Shown here in pieces: positions 1 through 8,602 of a stretch of 64,000 bases of DNA. Origin of the DNA: Verrucomicrobiales bacterium (GTDB taxonomy: Bacteria > Verrucomicrobiota > Verrucomicrobiia > Limisphaerales > UBA1100); assembly GCA_038139415.1 (NCBI GenBank), contig JAYOSV010000001.1, forward strand, positions 158,536 through 222,535. The letters are read 5' to 3'. The translations under genes were made by a program, and so were the position numbers. Each line of letters begins with the position of its first letter. Position 1 is the stretch's first letter. The notes under the pieces were generated by a model. That model saw nothing but the letters and a program-made list of their open reading frames with translations, ran no database searches and had not been told where the DNA came from.

Positions 1-859
1 CGTCATGCAGGCGCACCTCATCAGCGGAATGCACGCCGGCCTTAGCGATGAGGCATCCGCTGGTTTCCACAACATCATGCACCTGGCTATTGATGAGCCG
101 CCGGATGATGGCGTAATGGCGTGTCTCGGAATCGAGCGTGCCGTGCTCCGTGCGCACCTCGGTATCGGTGTCGCGCCAGATTTGCACATGGGTTTTGAGG
201 TCTTCTTCGTCGAGCAGATTTGAGTCGAGTCCGTCATCGAGATCATGGCTGTAATAGGTGATCTCATCGGCAAGATTGGCGACCTGCGCCTCGAGCGAAT
301 TGGATTTGGCGTCGAACCCGTGACGTTTGCTGGGGTGATCGGCGGGATTAAAATGTTTCACCAACCCTTCGCGTGTTTCCCAAGTGAGATTGAGCCCGGG
401 GTGGTGGGGATATTTCTGCTCAAGTGTTTCCACGATGCGCAGGCTCTGGCGGTTGTGTTCAAATCCGCCGTGGGCTTTCATGAGATCGTTGAGCGCATAT
501 TCGCCCTTGTGGCCGAAGGGGGAATGCCCGAGGTCATGGGCCAGAGCAATGGCTTCGGCGAGGTCTTCATTGAGAGCGAGGGCGCGGGCGATATTGCGCG
601 ATACGGCCGCCACCTCAATGGTGTGGGTGAGGCGCGTGCGTAGGTGATCGCCGGTGCCGTTTAGGAACACCTGCGTTTTGTATTCCAACCGGCGAAAGGC
701 TCGGGAATGGGTGATGCGATCGCGGTCACGCTGGTAATCAGTGCGCCATTCGTGGGGCGGCTCGGGAAAGGCGCGGCCGCGGGAATCGGCACTGCGTTGC
801 GCGTACGGCGCGAGGGTTTGATGTTCGTTGGCCTCCAGCTGTTCGCGGGACTGGGGCAT
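1..859 (-). CDS. dgt: Deoxyguanosinetriphosphate triphosphohydrolase (HD family), runs off the window start
   Basis: Not in the ORF track. Manual translation from ATG at 859: MPQSREQLEANEHQTLAPYA...RTDYQRDRDRITHSRAFRRLEYKTQVF...RTRLTHTIEV...AHDLGHSPFGH, which are the dGTPase signature motifs. Confidence 0.93.
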   Translation of the reverse strand, partial: MPQSREQLEANEHQTLAPYAQRSADSRGRAFPEPPHEWRTDYQRDRDRITHSRAFRRLEYKTQVFLNGTGDHLRTRLTHTIEVAAVSRNIARALALNEDLAEAIALAHDLGHSPFGHKGEYALNDLMKAHGGFEHNRQSLRIVETLEQKYPHHPGLNLTWETREGLVKHFNPADHPSKRHGFDAKSNSLEAQVANLADEITYYSHDLDDGLDSNLLDEEDLKTHVQIWRDTDTEVRTEHGTLDSETRHYAIIRRLINSQVHDVVETSGCLIAKAGVHSADEVRLHD

Positions 860-862
860 GGC

Positions 863-2104
863 TTAGTTGGCGAGGAATTCCTCGGCTGAAGTATTACGTA
901 GCTCCAGTAGATGGTTGATGACATCCTCAATCAGGTTGTTGGGGCAGGATGCCCCCGCGGTGATGCCAACGCGAATGGGACCTTCCGGAAGCCAATGGGG
1001 TGTTTCCTCCAACTGCTGCTTGTGTTGATTCCAATGGCGAATGGTTTGCGGGCCGTTGATCTCCTTAACGTTTTTGATGAAGTAAGTGGGTAACACGCGT
1101 TCACCCATTTCGGCCAGATGCGAGGTGTTGGAGGAATTGTATCCGCCAATCACCAGCAACAGATCTAATGGTTCCTGGAGCATCACTTCCAAAGCATCCT
1201 GACGATCTTGAGTGGCACCGCAGATTGTGTCGAAAAAACGGAAGTGTGTATCGGTATTCTCGGTGCCGTACCGTTTCTGGATGGCGGCCTTGATGCGGCG
1301 CTGCACTTCCTCGGTTTCGCCGCGCATCATGGTGGTTTGATTGGCCACGCCGACTGCACGCAGATGGGTGTCTGGGTCAAATCCTTCCGAATAGCAACCA
1401 TCGAACCGTTTCAGCAAAGCCTCTTTGTCGCCGCCATTTATGATGTAATCACAAATCAGATCAGTTTCCTCAAACGTGTTGACCACCAGATAATGACCGT
1501 TCTTGGCGATCGCCTGGCTACTGGTGGCCATCGTTTCCTCGTGGGAAGCTTTGCCATGGATGATGCTGGTGACCTCCTCCTTGGCGTAGGTGCGCACGCG
1601 TTTCCAGACGCTCATCACATCACCGCAGGTGGTGTCCACAAATTGGCAGCCCTTGGCCTCGAGCTTCTCCCGAATGGTGACTTCCGTGCCGAACGCCGGG
1701 ATGATCACAATATCGCCTTCGCCCAGATCATCGATATCCGCCGACTGATGGGGGCCGGACAGGAAGTGAATGCCCATCTCCCGAATCTGGTCGTTTACCT
1801 CCGGGTTATGGATGATTTCCCCCAGAATATAGAGAGGCTTGTCAGGGAACACCTTGCGCGCGGCGTAGGCAAGGTCGATGCAGCGCTCGACGCCGTAGCA
1901 AAAGCCGAATTCCTTCGCGAGCTTAATGGTAATCTGACCGGTAGGGCAGGTCACTTCGCCCTTGGTCCGCAGTCGATCGACCAGATCACTGCGATAATGC
2001 GTCAGCACCTGCGCCTTGACCTGCTCCATAATATCCGGCCGGCGCAGGTTAATGCGCTTGGGCTTCGGCTTGGCAACCGGTTGATCAGGGGCTTCAGAAG
2101 CCAT
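863..2104 (-). CDS. ispH: 4-hydroxy-3-methylbut-2-enyl diphosphate reductase, long form with N-terminal extension
   Basis: GFCYGV, IIHNP, DTTC, NQTT, TICGATQDRQ, GYNSSNT and TAGASCP motifs. Confidence 0.95.
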   Translation of the reverse strand: MASEAPDQPVAKPKPKRINLRRPDIMEQVKAQVLTHYRSDLVDRLRTKGEVTCPTGQITIKLAKEFGFCYGVERCIDLAYAARKVFPDKPLYILGEIIHNPEVNDQIREMGIHFLSGPHQSADIDDLGEGDIVIIPAFGTEVTIREKLEAKGCQFVDTTCGDVMSVWKRVRTYAKEEVTSIIHGKASHEETMATSSQAIAKNGHYLVVNTFEETDLICDYIINGGDKEALLKRFDGCYSEGFDPDTHLRAVGVANQTTMMRGETEEVQRRIKAAIQKRYGTENTDTHFRFFDTICGATQDRQDALEVMLQEPLDLLLVIGGYNSSNTSHLAEMGERVLPTYFIKNVKEINGPQTIRHWNQHKQQLEETPHWLPEGPIRVGITAGASCPNNLIEDVINHLLELRNTSAEEFLAN

Positions 2105-2151
2105 CGGCGTCAGCTTGGCACAGGGGCTTTGGTAGGGTCGAGATGAATCCC

Positions 2152-3060
2152 TTAACTCACCAACCAGTTCAATATCGCCTTCTGGGCGTGCAAGCGGTTT
2201 TCGGCTTGGGTGAAGATGGTGTCGGCGTGGGCTTCGAGGGTGGGCTCGTCGATTTCCTTGCCGCGGTAGGCGGGGAGGCAGTGCATGACGAGGGCGTCCT
2301 CATTGGCGAGGGCAACGAGGGCTTCGTTGATTTGATAACCGGCAAAATCACGCTCGCGTTGGGCGGCTTCCTCTTCCATGCCCATGGAGACCCAGACGTC
2401 GGTGTACAATAAATCGGCGCCTTCGGCGGCGGCTTGGCAATCTTCGGTAACGGTGATGTTGCCGCCGGAACCGTTAATAGCGTTTGCGATGAGGTCCGGG
2501 CATGGCTGGTGGGCTTTGGGCGCGGCGATGCGCAGCTCGAAGTTAAGTTTGCCGGCGGCCCAGATCCAGCTGATGGGCACGTTGCACGCGCCGTCGCCGA
2601 TGAAGGTAACGACCTTGCCGGCGATGGGGCCGCGTTGTTCCTGATACGTGAAAATATCGGTGATGATCTGGCAGGGATGCTCGGCATCGGTCAGCGCGTT
2701 GATGGTGGGAATGTCGGAGTGCTCGGCGAAATCCTCTACATCGCTCTGCGCGAAGGTGCGAATGACTGCGCCGTGCACCATGCGACCGAGCACGCGGGCG
2801 GTGTCCTGGATGGGTTCGCCACGGCCGAGCTGGAGGTCGTTCGCGTTGAGAAACATTACGCCGCCACCAAGTTCGCGGATGCCGGTCTCGAAGGACACTC
2901 GGGTTCGTGTGGAGGATTTGGTGAAAATCATCGCCCACGTCTGGCCGGCGAGCGGTTGGTGTTGGCTGTCGCCGCGCTGCGCCTTGATGACGGGGGCATT
3001 TTCCAGAATGGTCTTGATGGACGCCGTGTCCATCGCTTCGATACTTAACAGGTGCTTCAT
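2152..3060 (-). CDS. argF: Ornithine carbamoyltransferase
   Basis: SSTRTR, HPCQ and HCLP motifs; lies in the arg cluster. Confidence 0.95.
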   Translation of the reverse strand: MKHLLSIEAMDTASIKTILENAPVIKAQRGDSQHQPLAGQTWAMIFTKSSTRTRVSFETGIRELGGGVMFLNANDLQLGRGEPIQDTARVLGRMVHGAVIRTFAQSDVEDFAEHSDIPTINALTDAEHPCQIITDIFTYQEQRGPIAGKVVTFIGDGACNVPISWIWAAGKLNFELRIAAPKAHQPCPDLIANAINGSGGNITVTEDCQAAAEGADLLYTDVWVSMGMEEEAAQRERDFAGYQINEALVALANEDALVMHCLPAYRGKEIDEPTLEAHADTIFTQAENRLHAQKAILNWLVS

Positions 3061-4307
3061 GAGCTGAGCTCCTTGATGACGCCCTCGATGATGGCTAGGC
3101 CTTCATCGGCGTCGGCTTGTGAAAGGTTTAATGGCGGCAACAGGCGAAACACCCGCGCGCCGGCCGGAATGGTGAGCAGACCAGCGTCATGCAGTCGCTC
3201 GACGATCTGTACGGAGGCCGGCCGGTTGCTTTCGGCGAAGGCGGGAATATCCTCGGCCAGTTCAATGCCGATCATCAGGCCAAGCCCGCGCACTTCCTTC
3301 AGCACGTTGGGATGCGCCTCGATCAGTGTTTGGATTCGCCCGGTAAAATGACTACCTAACGCAACGGCGTGTTGCGCGAGCCCATCGCGTTCGATGATCT
3401 CTAGCGCCTTGAGCGCATGCGCGCTGACCAGCGGCGTGCCGCCAAAAGTGGTGCCGTGCGTGCCCGGGCCAAGCAAATCCTGCAACGATTCGTTGGCCCA
3501 GATCGCGCCCATCGGCAGACCTGCACCTAGACTCTTGGCCATGGAGAATGCGTCCGGTTGAAATCCATCTGAATTGGAATCACTAAGAATTGTTTCCCAA
3601 CTCTGAAAATGGCCAGTTCTGAAGAAACCGCATTGAACTGAATCCATCATCATGAGGATATTTTTATCAGTGCAAAGTTTCCTTAATCCGAGCAGATATT
3701 CGGGTTTGGCTGGATATATGCCGCCTTCGCCTTGAATACCTTCAATAAGGATTGCCGCAGTTTTTTCGGTGATAGCGGCTTGCATTGCCCCAAGATCATT
3801 AAACGGCACGTGTTTGAAACCCTCTACGGCTGGTTCAAACCCCTGCTTGACCTTGTTTTGTCCTGTGGCCGCGATGCCTGCTAAGGTTCGGCCATGAAAA
3901 GAATTTTCAGTGGTAATAACCTCATAACGTCCATCGGTGTGACCGTGGAGTCGGGCGATTTTATACAAACCTTCGTTAGCCTCGGCTCCGCTATTACAAA
4001 AAAACATTTTCCCGTGTCCTCCTGCATGCTGAACGAGTTTCTCAGCCAGCAAACCTTGTGGCTCGGTATAGTAAAGATTGGAAATATGCGTGAGCTTCCC
4101 CGCTTGTTCGGTAAGGGCCGCAGCTAGTTCCGGATGTCCGTGGCCGAGACAGGCTGTAGCTATCCCTGAACCCAGATCAAGAAGACGCCGCCCATCGTTC
4201 GTAAACACATGAGATCCTTTCCCATGAGTGATGGTTAGCGGAAAACGCGCGTAGGTCGGAATGATATGAGCTTTGATGCTGTTTTGGATGGGGTTTGTGT
4301 CACTCAT
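3057..4307 (-). CDS. argD: Acetylornithine aminotransferase (class III PLP)
   Basis: NSGAEANE, SFHGRT, IQGEGG, AKSLGAG and HGTTFGG motifs; lies between argB and argF. Confidence 0.92.
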   Translation of the reverse strand: MSDTNPIQNSIKAHIIPTYARFPLTITHGKGSHVFTNDGRRLLDLGSGIATACLGHGHPELAAALTEQAGKLTHISNLYYTEPQGLLAEKLVQHAGGHGKMFFCNSGAEANEGLYKIARLHGHTDGRYEVITTENSFHGRTLAGIAATGQNKVKQGFEPAVEGFKHVPFNDLGAMQAAITEKTAAILIEGIQGEGGIYPAKPEYLLGLRKLCTDKNILMMMDSVQCGFFRTGHFQSWETILSDSNSDGFQPDAFSMAKSLGAGLPMGAIWANESLQDLLGPGTHGTTFGGTPLVSAHALKALEIIERDGLAQHAVALGSHFTGRIQTLIEAHPNVLKEVRGLGLMIGIELAEDIPAFAESNRPASVQIVERLHDAGLLTIPAGARVFRLLPPLNLSQADADEGLAIIEGVIKELSS

Positions 4308-5164
4308 TTTACTATTTCCGTCCCGACTCCTTCGTCGGTGAAAATTTCCAGTAGCACGGCGTGGTGGATACGGCCGTCGACGAAGGACACCTTGTCCACG
4401 CCCGCGTCGATGGCTGTGGTGGCGCTGTCGACCTTTGGGATCATGCCGCTGGCAATAATGCCGGCCTGTTTCAATTTATCGACCTCTGCCACATCGAGGT
4501 GGGAGATCAGCGATGTCGCATCGGCGGGATCGCGCAACAGCCCGGGCACATCGCTCATAAACACCAGCCGCTTGGCGGCCAGCGCAATGGCGGCTTGGGC
4601 AGCGGCGACATCGGCGTTGCAGTTGTAAATCTGTCCGTCCGCATCGCGTGCGGTGGGGGAGATCACCGGTGTGATGCCCTGGGTGATGCATTCCTCCAAT
4701 GGCGCGGTGTTCACGGCAGTCACCTCCCCAACGAAGCCGTAATCCTGTCCCTCCGGCGCGTGCCGTTTGCAGGTGAAAATGTCCGTGCCGGCAAAGCCCT
4801 TGGCCACGCCGCCGAGTGAGTTGATCATTTTCACGATCTCGGCGTTGATCTCCTGCGACAACACCTGATCGACCACCGCCACCGAATCGGCATCCGTGTG
4901 GCGCAAACCGTTGACGAAGCGCGTCTCCACGCCGGCCGCTTCCAGCGCGCGGCTGATTCGTTTGCCGCCGCCGTGCACCACCACCGGATTGATCTCGACC
5001 GCCTCCAAAAAAACCACGTCCCGCGCCACGCCCGTGCGCACGGCCTCGTCCGGACTGTCCATGAAACTGCCGCCGTACTTGACTACGAACGTTGCGCCGG
5101 CAAATCGCTGAATGTACGGCAGCGCTTCGAGCAATGTGGCGGCTTTGGAGATGAGTTCCTGCAT
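4304..5164 (-). CDS. argB: Acetylglutamate kinase
   Basis: EALPYI, VKYGGS, VHGGG, NCNAD and GMIPK motifs. Confidence 0.95.
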   Translation of the reverse strand: MQELISKAATLLEALPYIQRFAGATFVVKYGGSFMDSPDEAVRTGVARDVVFLEAVEINPVVVHGGGKRISRALEAAGVETRFVNGLRHTDADSVAVVDQVLSQEINAEIVKMINSLGGVAKGFAGTDIFTCKRHAPEGQDYGFVGEVTAVNTAPLEECITQGITPVISPTARDADGQIYNCNADVAAAQAAIALAAKRLVFMSDVPGLLRDPADATSLISHLDVAEVDKLKQAGIIASGMIPKVDSATTAIDAGVDKVSFVDGRIHHAVLLEIFTDEGVGTEIVK

Positions 5165-5165
5165 G

Positions 5166-6488
5166 TCAGCCTCCGAGCGATTTGGGGTCGCTAATGTCGC
5201 CCTTGTTGAATTCCACGTATTCCTCGGTGAGATCGGCGGCGTAGAGCTTGGCCTGGCCTTTTCCGAGATTCAGGTTAATGTGCAGGTCAAACTCCGTCGG
5301 CGCGACAGCCGCGCACAAGGTCTCAAAGGTCGTTTGGGTGGGCCTGCCCTTCTTGAGGGAATAGGTCAGCTTCTTGGTTTCGGGCGCGCTGTAGGCGATG
5401 TCGACTTTTTCCTCCACCACCTTCGCGGACGAATAACCAAGTGCATCGATGATCCGGCCCCAGTTGGGATCGCCGCCGTTCCAGCTGGTTTTCACCAACG
5501 CACTGTTGCCCACTGCACGCGCGGCGGCATCGGCTTCCTTCTGTGTCTTGGCGCCGCGCACCCGCACGGTGACCAGTCGTGTGACGCCTTCACCATCGCG
5601 TACCATCATTTTGGAAAGCTCGAGGCAGACGTGATTCAGGGCAGCCTGAAATGTTTTCAAGTCGCGCGTGCTGAGTTTTTTGTTTCCAGCCAAGCCGTTG
5701 GCGAGTAGGAGCACAGTGTCGTTGGTGCTCATGTCTCCATCCACGGTGATGCAATTAAAACTGCTGGCTACGGCCTCGCGTAGGCACTTGCGCAATGTGC
5801 CGGCGGAAATTTTTGCGTCAGTTGTGAGGTAGGCGAGCATGGTGGCATGCAGAGGCATGCTCGCGGGTCGCACGCCGGTGGGACTCATGCCGGGCTGAAT
5901 CATGCCCGCGCCCTTGGCAATCCCGCCGAGCCGCACGGTTTGGCTTCCGAGCTGAAATTCCACGGCGATCTCCTTCGGTTGCGTATCGCTGGTCATGATG
6001 GCCTCAGCGGCGTAGTGCGCCGCGATGGTGGAATCATCGAGTTCCTTGACGATCTGCCGGATGCCGGCGCGGATGTTCGTCATGGGTAGCTCCAGGCCGA
6101 TCCGGCCAGTGCTGCCGACGAGTACATCCTCCGGTTGGAGTAACAATTCCTCGGCCAAGAGCGCAGCCATTTCCTTTGCATCCTTCAACCCTCGCGGGCC
6201 AGTGCAGGCATTGGCATTGCCGGAATTGATCACCACCGCCTGCGCTTTGCTTTTGTTTCTGGCAATATGCTCCACGCAAATCTTCACCGGTGCGGCGCAG
6301 ATTTGGTTGGTGGTAAACATCCCCGCCGCCGTGGCCGGTACCTCGGAGACAATCACCGCCAGATCGCGTTTTTGACCTTTGTTGCTGCCTTTACCGGTGC
6401 CGAGCCGTTTTACATCACAAAACAACCCGGCCGTCAGGAAACCCTGCGGGGCAACAATGGAACCATCAATGGAATGAAAAGACTTCAT
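5166..6488 (-). CDS. argJ: Bifunctional ornithine acetyltransferase/N-acetylglutamate synthase
   Basis: NSGNANACTG, KGAGMIQP, HATML, DGDMSTND, DGEG and DPNWGR motifs. Start placed at ATG 6488 (MKSFHS). Confidence 0.93.
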   Translation of the reverse strand: MKSFHSIDGSIVAPQGFLTAGLFCDVKRLGTGKGSNKGQKRDLAVIVSEVPATAAGMFTTNQICAAPVKICVEHIARNKSKAQAVVINSGNANACTGPRGLKDAKEMAALLAEELLLQPEDVLVGSTGRIGLELPMTNIRAGIRQIVKELDDSTIAAHYAAEAIMTSDTQPKEIAVEFQLGSQTVRLGGIAKGAGMIQPGMSPTGVRPASMPLHATMLAYLTTDAKISAGTLRKCLREAVASSFNCITVDGDMSTNDTVLLLANGLAGNKKLSTRDLKTFQAALNHVCLELSKMMVRDGEGVTRLVTVRVRGAKTQKEADAAARAVGNSALVKTSWNGGDPNWGRIIDALGYSSAKVVEEKVDIAYSAPETKKLTYSLKKGRPTQTTFETLCAAVAPTEFDLHINLNLGKGQAKLYAADLTEEYVEFNKGDISDPKSLGG

Positions 6489-6534
6489 CTCGGGAAGGGT
6501 GGCGTCAGGAAACAAAAGGAAGCCCAACGCAGCC

Positions 6535-6582
6535 TTAGCGGCTACGTCGACGAACGGACTTGTGTTTCGTCTTAAGGGTCAT
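6535..6582 (-). CDS. Putative Arg-rich leader peptide MTLKTKHKSVRRRSR upstream of argJ
   Basis: ATG ACC CTT AAG ACG AAA CAC AAG TCC GTT CGT CGA CGT AGC CGC TAA. Four of the last five codons are Arg. It ends 46 nt before the argJ start and starts just downstream of a promoter-like sequence. Confidence 0.6.
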   Translation of the reverse strand: MTLKTKHKSVRRRSR

Positions 6583-6593
6583 AAGAGATGACG

Positions 6594-6622
6594 ATTCAAG
6601 CAGGATGCGCGGGAGGTGTCAA
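6594..6622 (-). promoter_or_regulatory. Sigma70-like promoter for the arg leader/argJBDF
   Basis: TTGACA (6622-6617), 17-nt spacer ending in TGC, then TTGAAT (6599-6594). Confidence 0.55.
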
Positions 6623-6632
6623 CGGAAATGGC

Positions 6633-7592
6633 TCACGCAGCCCGGGTCATCAGCACCATACCCACCACGCCGGCCACAGCCACCACACCGCCGGCTAGAG
6701 AACGCCAGCTGGGTTTTTCCTCGTTCAACGCAATCGACATGGGAATGACCACGAGCGGGGTGGTTGCAATGATGGGCAGCACGACGCCGGTGGCGTTGTC
6801 CAGCAGTGCCCACTGATAACAGGTCACGCCCAGCGCCGGCCCGGCTAAGCCAGTGGCCAGCAGCCATGGAAAACCGCTCCGCCAGTCGTTGGTGTCATCG
6901 GCCCGCGTCATGCCTGCTAGGGGCGAATCCGGTTTGCGCTTCAGCCAAGCGCGAACTGCCAACAGGAACAAACCGGAAAAGAGCATGCCGCCTAGCATCC
7001 GTTGCACCGCCACGGTGATGCCGGCGTGAACGCCATCGAGTTCCACGCCGGTGCCGGGCGCTACATTCTCAGTAATCACCCGGCTCAAGACGCCTGCGCC
7101 GAAGCCCTGCCCAATGGCGGCGATCAATCCCCAACCGATGCCCTTGAGTAAATCGCTACGTTCGAGGTTTGGGTTTTCCTTGGGCGCGAGTGCCACGGCG
7201 ACACCGGCCAAGATGACCACCGCACAGAAGATTTGCTGGGGCGTCATGGTGGTGCCGAGCCAGAAGTATTCGGTGATCGCTGCCACGGGCACGGACACGC
7301 AATGGACGATCAGGGTGGTGAGCCGGGAGCCGAGCAAAGGAAAGGCGCGAAAGAGGGCAATGTCGCCCAGACCGAACCCAATGGCGCCGCTCAGCAGGAA
7401 CAGGCCAAAGATCTTCGGATGCCAGTAGCCCATCAACGTGGGGCCGAACGAGAACGCCACCAGCAACATCAAGGTGGGGGCGAAGATGAGCCGCACAAAG
7501 TTGGCTTCCGTGCCGCCCAAATGCTCGGTGGTTTTCCGCGCCGAAACGGCCGAGGCGGAAAACAACACAGTGCAAAGCAGCGCGGCAAACAT
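6633..7592 (-). CDS. DMT/EamA family transporter
   Basis: About 10 hydrophobic segments in two repeated halves (LSGAIGFGLGD / LAGPALG). Confidence 0.85.
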   Translation of the reverse strand: MFAALLCTVLFSASAVSARKTTEHLGGTEANFVRLIFAPTLMLLVAFSFGPTLMGYWHPKIFGLFLLSGAIGFGLGDIALFRAFPLLGSRLTTLIVHCVSVPVAAITEYFWLGTTMTPQQIFCAVVILAGVAVALAPKENPNLERSDLLKGIGWGLIAAIGQGFGAGVLSRVITENVAPGTGVELDGVHAGITVAVQRMLGGMLFSGLFLLAVRAWLKRKPDSPLAGMTRADDTNDWRSGFPWLLATGLAGPALGVTCYQWALLDNATGVVLPIIATTPLVVIPMSIALNEEKPSWRSLAGGVVAVAGVVGMVLMTRAA

Positions 7593-7677
7593 GGAGGCGA
7601 AGGGGTAAGCCGAAGCGGCGGGATTGTCACGTCATGTTTGCCGTTGCGCTTTCGGTGGCGGCGCGTAGGCTGGGCGC

Positions 7678-8571
7678 ATGAAGTTCGTGCGGTTTTCGGT
7701 TCTGCTCCTGATGGCAATCAATCTCCTCAATCTCAACTGGCTGCAGGCCGAAGACAAAGAGGCCAGCCCGTTTGTCTGGGTGGACAAAGCGGCCGAGGCT
7801 TATCGCGCCGGCAAGGTAAAGGAAGCAGTGCAGTTTGCGGACCGTGCCGTGGCGGCTGAACCGAAGAACCCACGCCTGCATTTCTTCAAGGGCCAACTGC
7901 ACAACGCCCTGCGCGAGTATGATAAATCCATCACCGCCTACACCAAAGCATTGGCGCTCAAACCGCCGGCTGCCATTGTTACCGATCTGCATCAGGAACG
8001 CGGTGAGGCGTATTTCAAGGCCGCCAAGATTAAGGAATCTATTGCCGACTTTGATGCTTATTTGAAGGACGTGCCCCGGCAGGATCCGCACCATTGGCAG
8101 CGCGGTATCAGCTATTATTACGCCGACGAATTTAAAAAAGGGTACGAGCAATTCGAACGTCACCAGACGGTGAACAGCAACGACGTGGAAAATGCCGTGT
8201 GGCATTTCCTGTGTCTGGCGCGGGCGAAAGGAATCGAAGAGGCGAAGAAAAAACTGATCCCAATCGTGGGCGATGGTCGCATTCCGATGATGGAGGTGCT
8301 CGCGTTGTTTGGTGGCAAAAGCACGCCCGAGAAAGTCCTAGCTAAGGCGAAAGCCAATGGGGCCGCCGGCCCGCGCCTAGAGCGCCAGCTCTTTTACGCC
8401 CACCTCTATCTCGGCCTTTGGTACGAGGCTAAGAAAGAACTCAAACTGCGCGACAAATACATCAGCCTCGCCGCCACCGTGGCCGATCAACACGGCTACA
8501 TGGGTGACGTCGCCCGCGTGCATGCTGTTCTAAACAAGATCAAGGTGCCCAAGCCGGCTTCGGAAAAATAG
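7678..8571 (+). CDS. Exported NlpI-like TPR protein
   Basis: Signal peptide, TPR helices, and NlpI-like WQRGISYYY...DVENAVWHFLC...FYAHLYLG segments. Confidence 0.8.
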   Translation: MKFVRFSVLLLMAINLLNLNWLQAEDKEASPFVWVDKAAEAYRAGKVKEAVQFADRAVAAEPKNPRLHFFKGQLHNALREYDKSITAYTKALALKPPAAIVTDLHQERGEAYFKAAKIKESIADFDAYLKDVPRQDPHHWQRGISYYYADEFKKGYEQFERHQTVNSNDVENAVWHFLCLARAKGIEEAKKKLIPIVGDGRIPMMEVLALFGGKSTPEKVLAKAKANGAAGPRLERQLFYAHLYLGLWYEAKKELKLRDKYISLAATVADQHGYMGDVARVHAVLNKIKVPKPASEK

Positions 8572-8602
8572 CTGAGACGGCCTAGTTGTTAATAGGTTCC
8601 CG

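Noticed and set aside
5..930. Short ORFs in the track at the window start (5..223, 245..643, 661..930)
   Set aside because: They are antisense or off-frame shadows of the minus-strand dgt gene, which the track omits because it runs off the edge.
1208..2146. 312-aa plus-strand ORF
   Set aside because: Antisense shadow of ispH, typical of high-GC coding DNA; no recognisable motifs.
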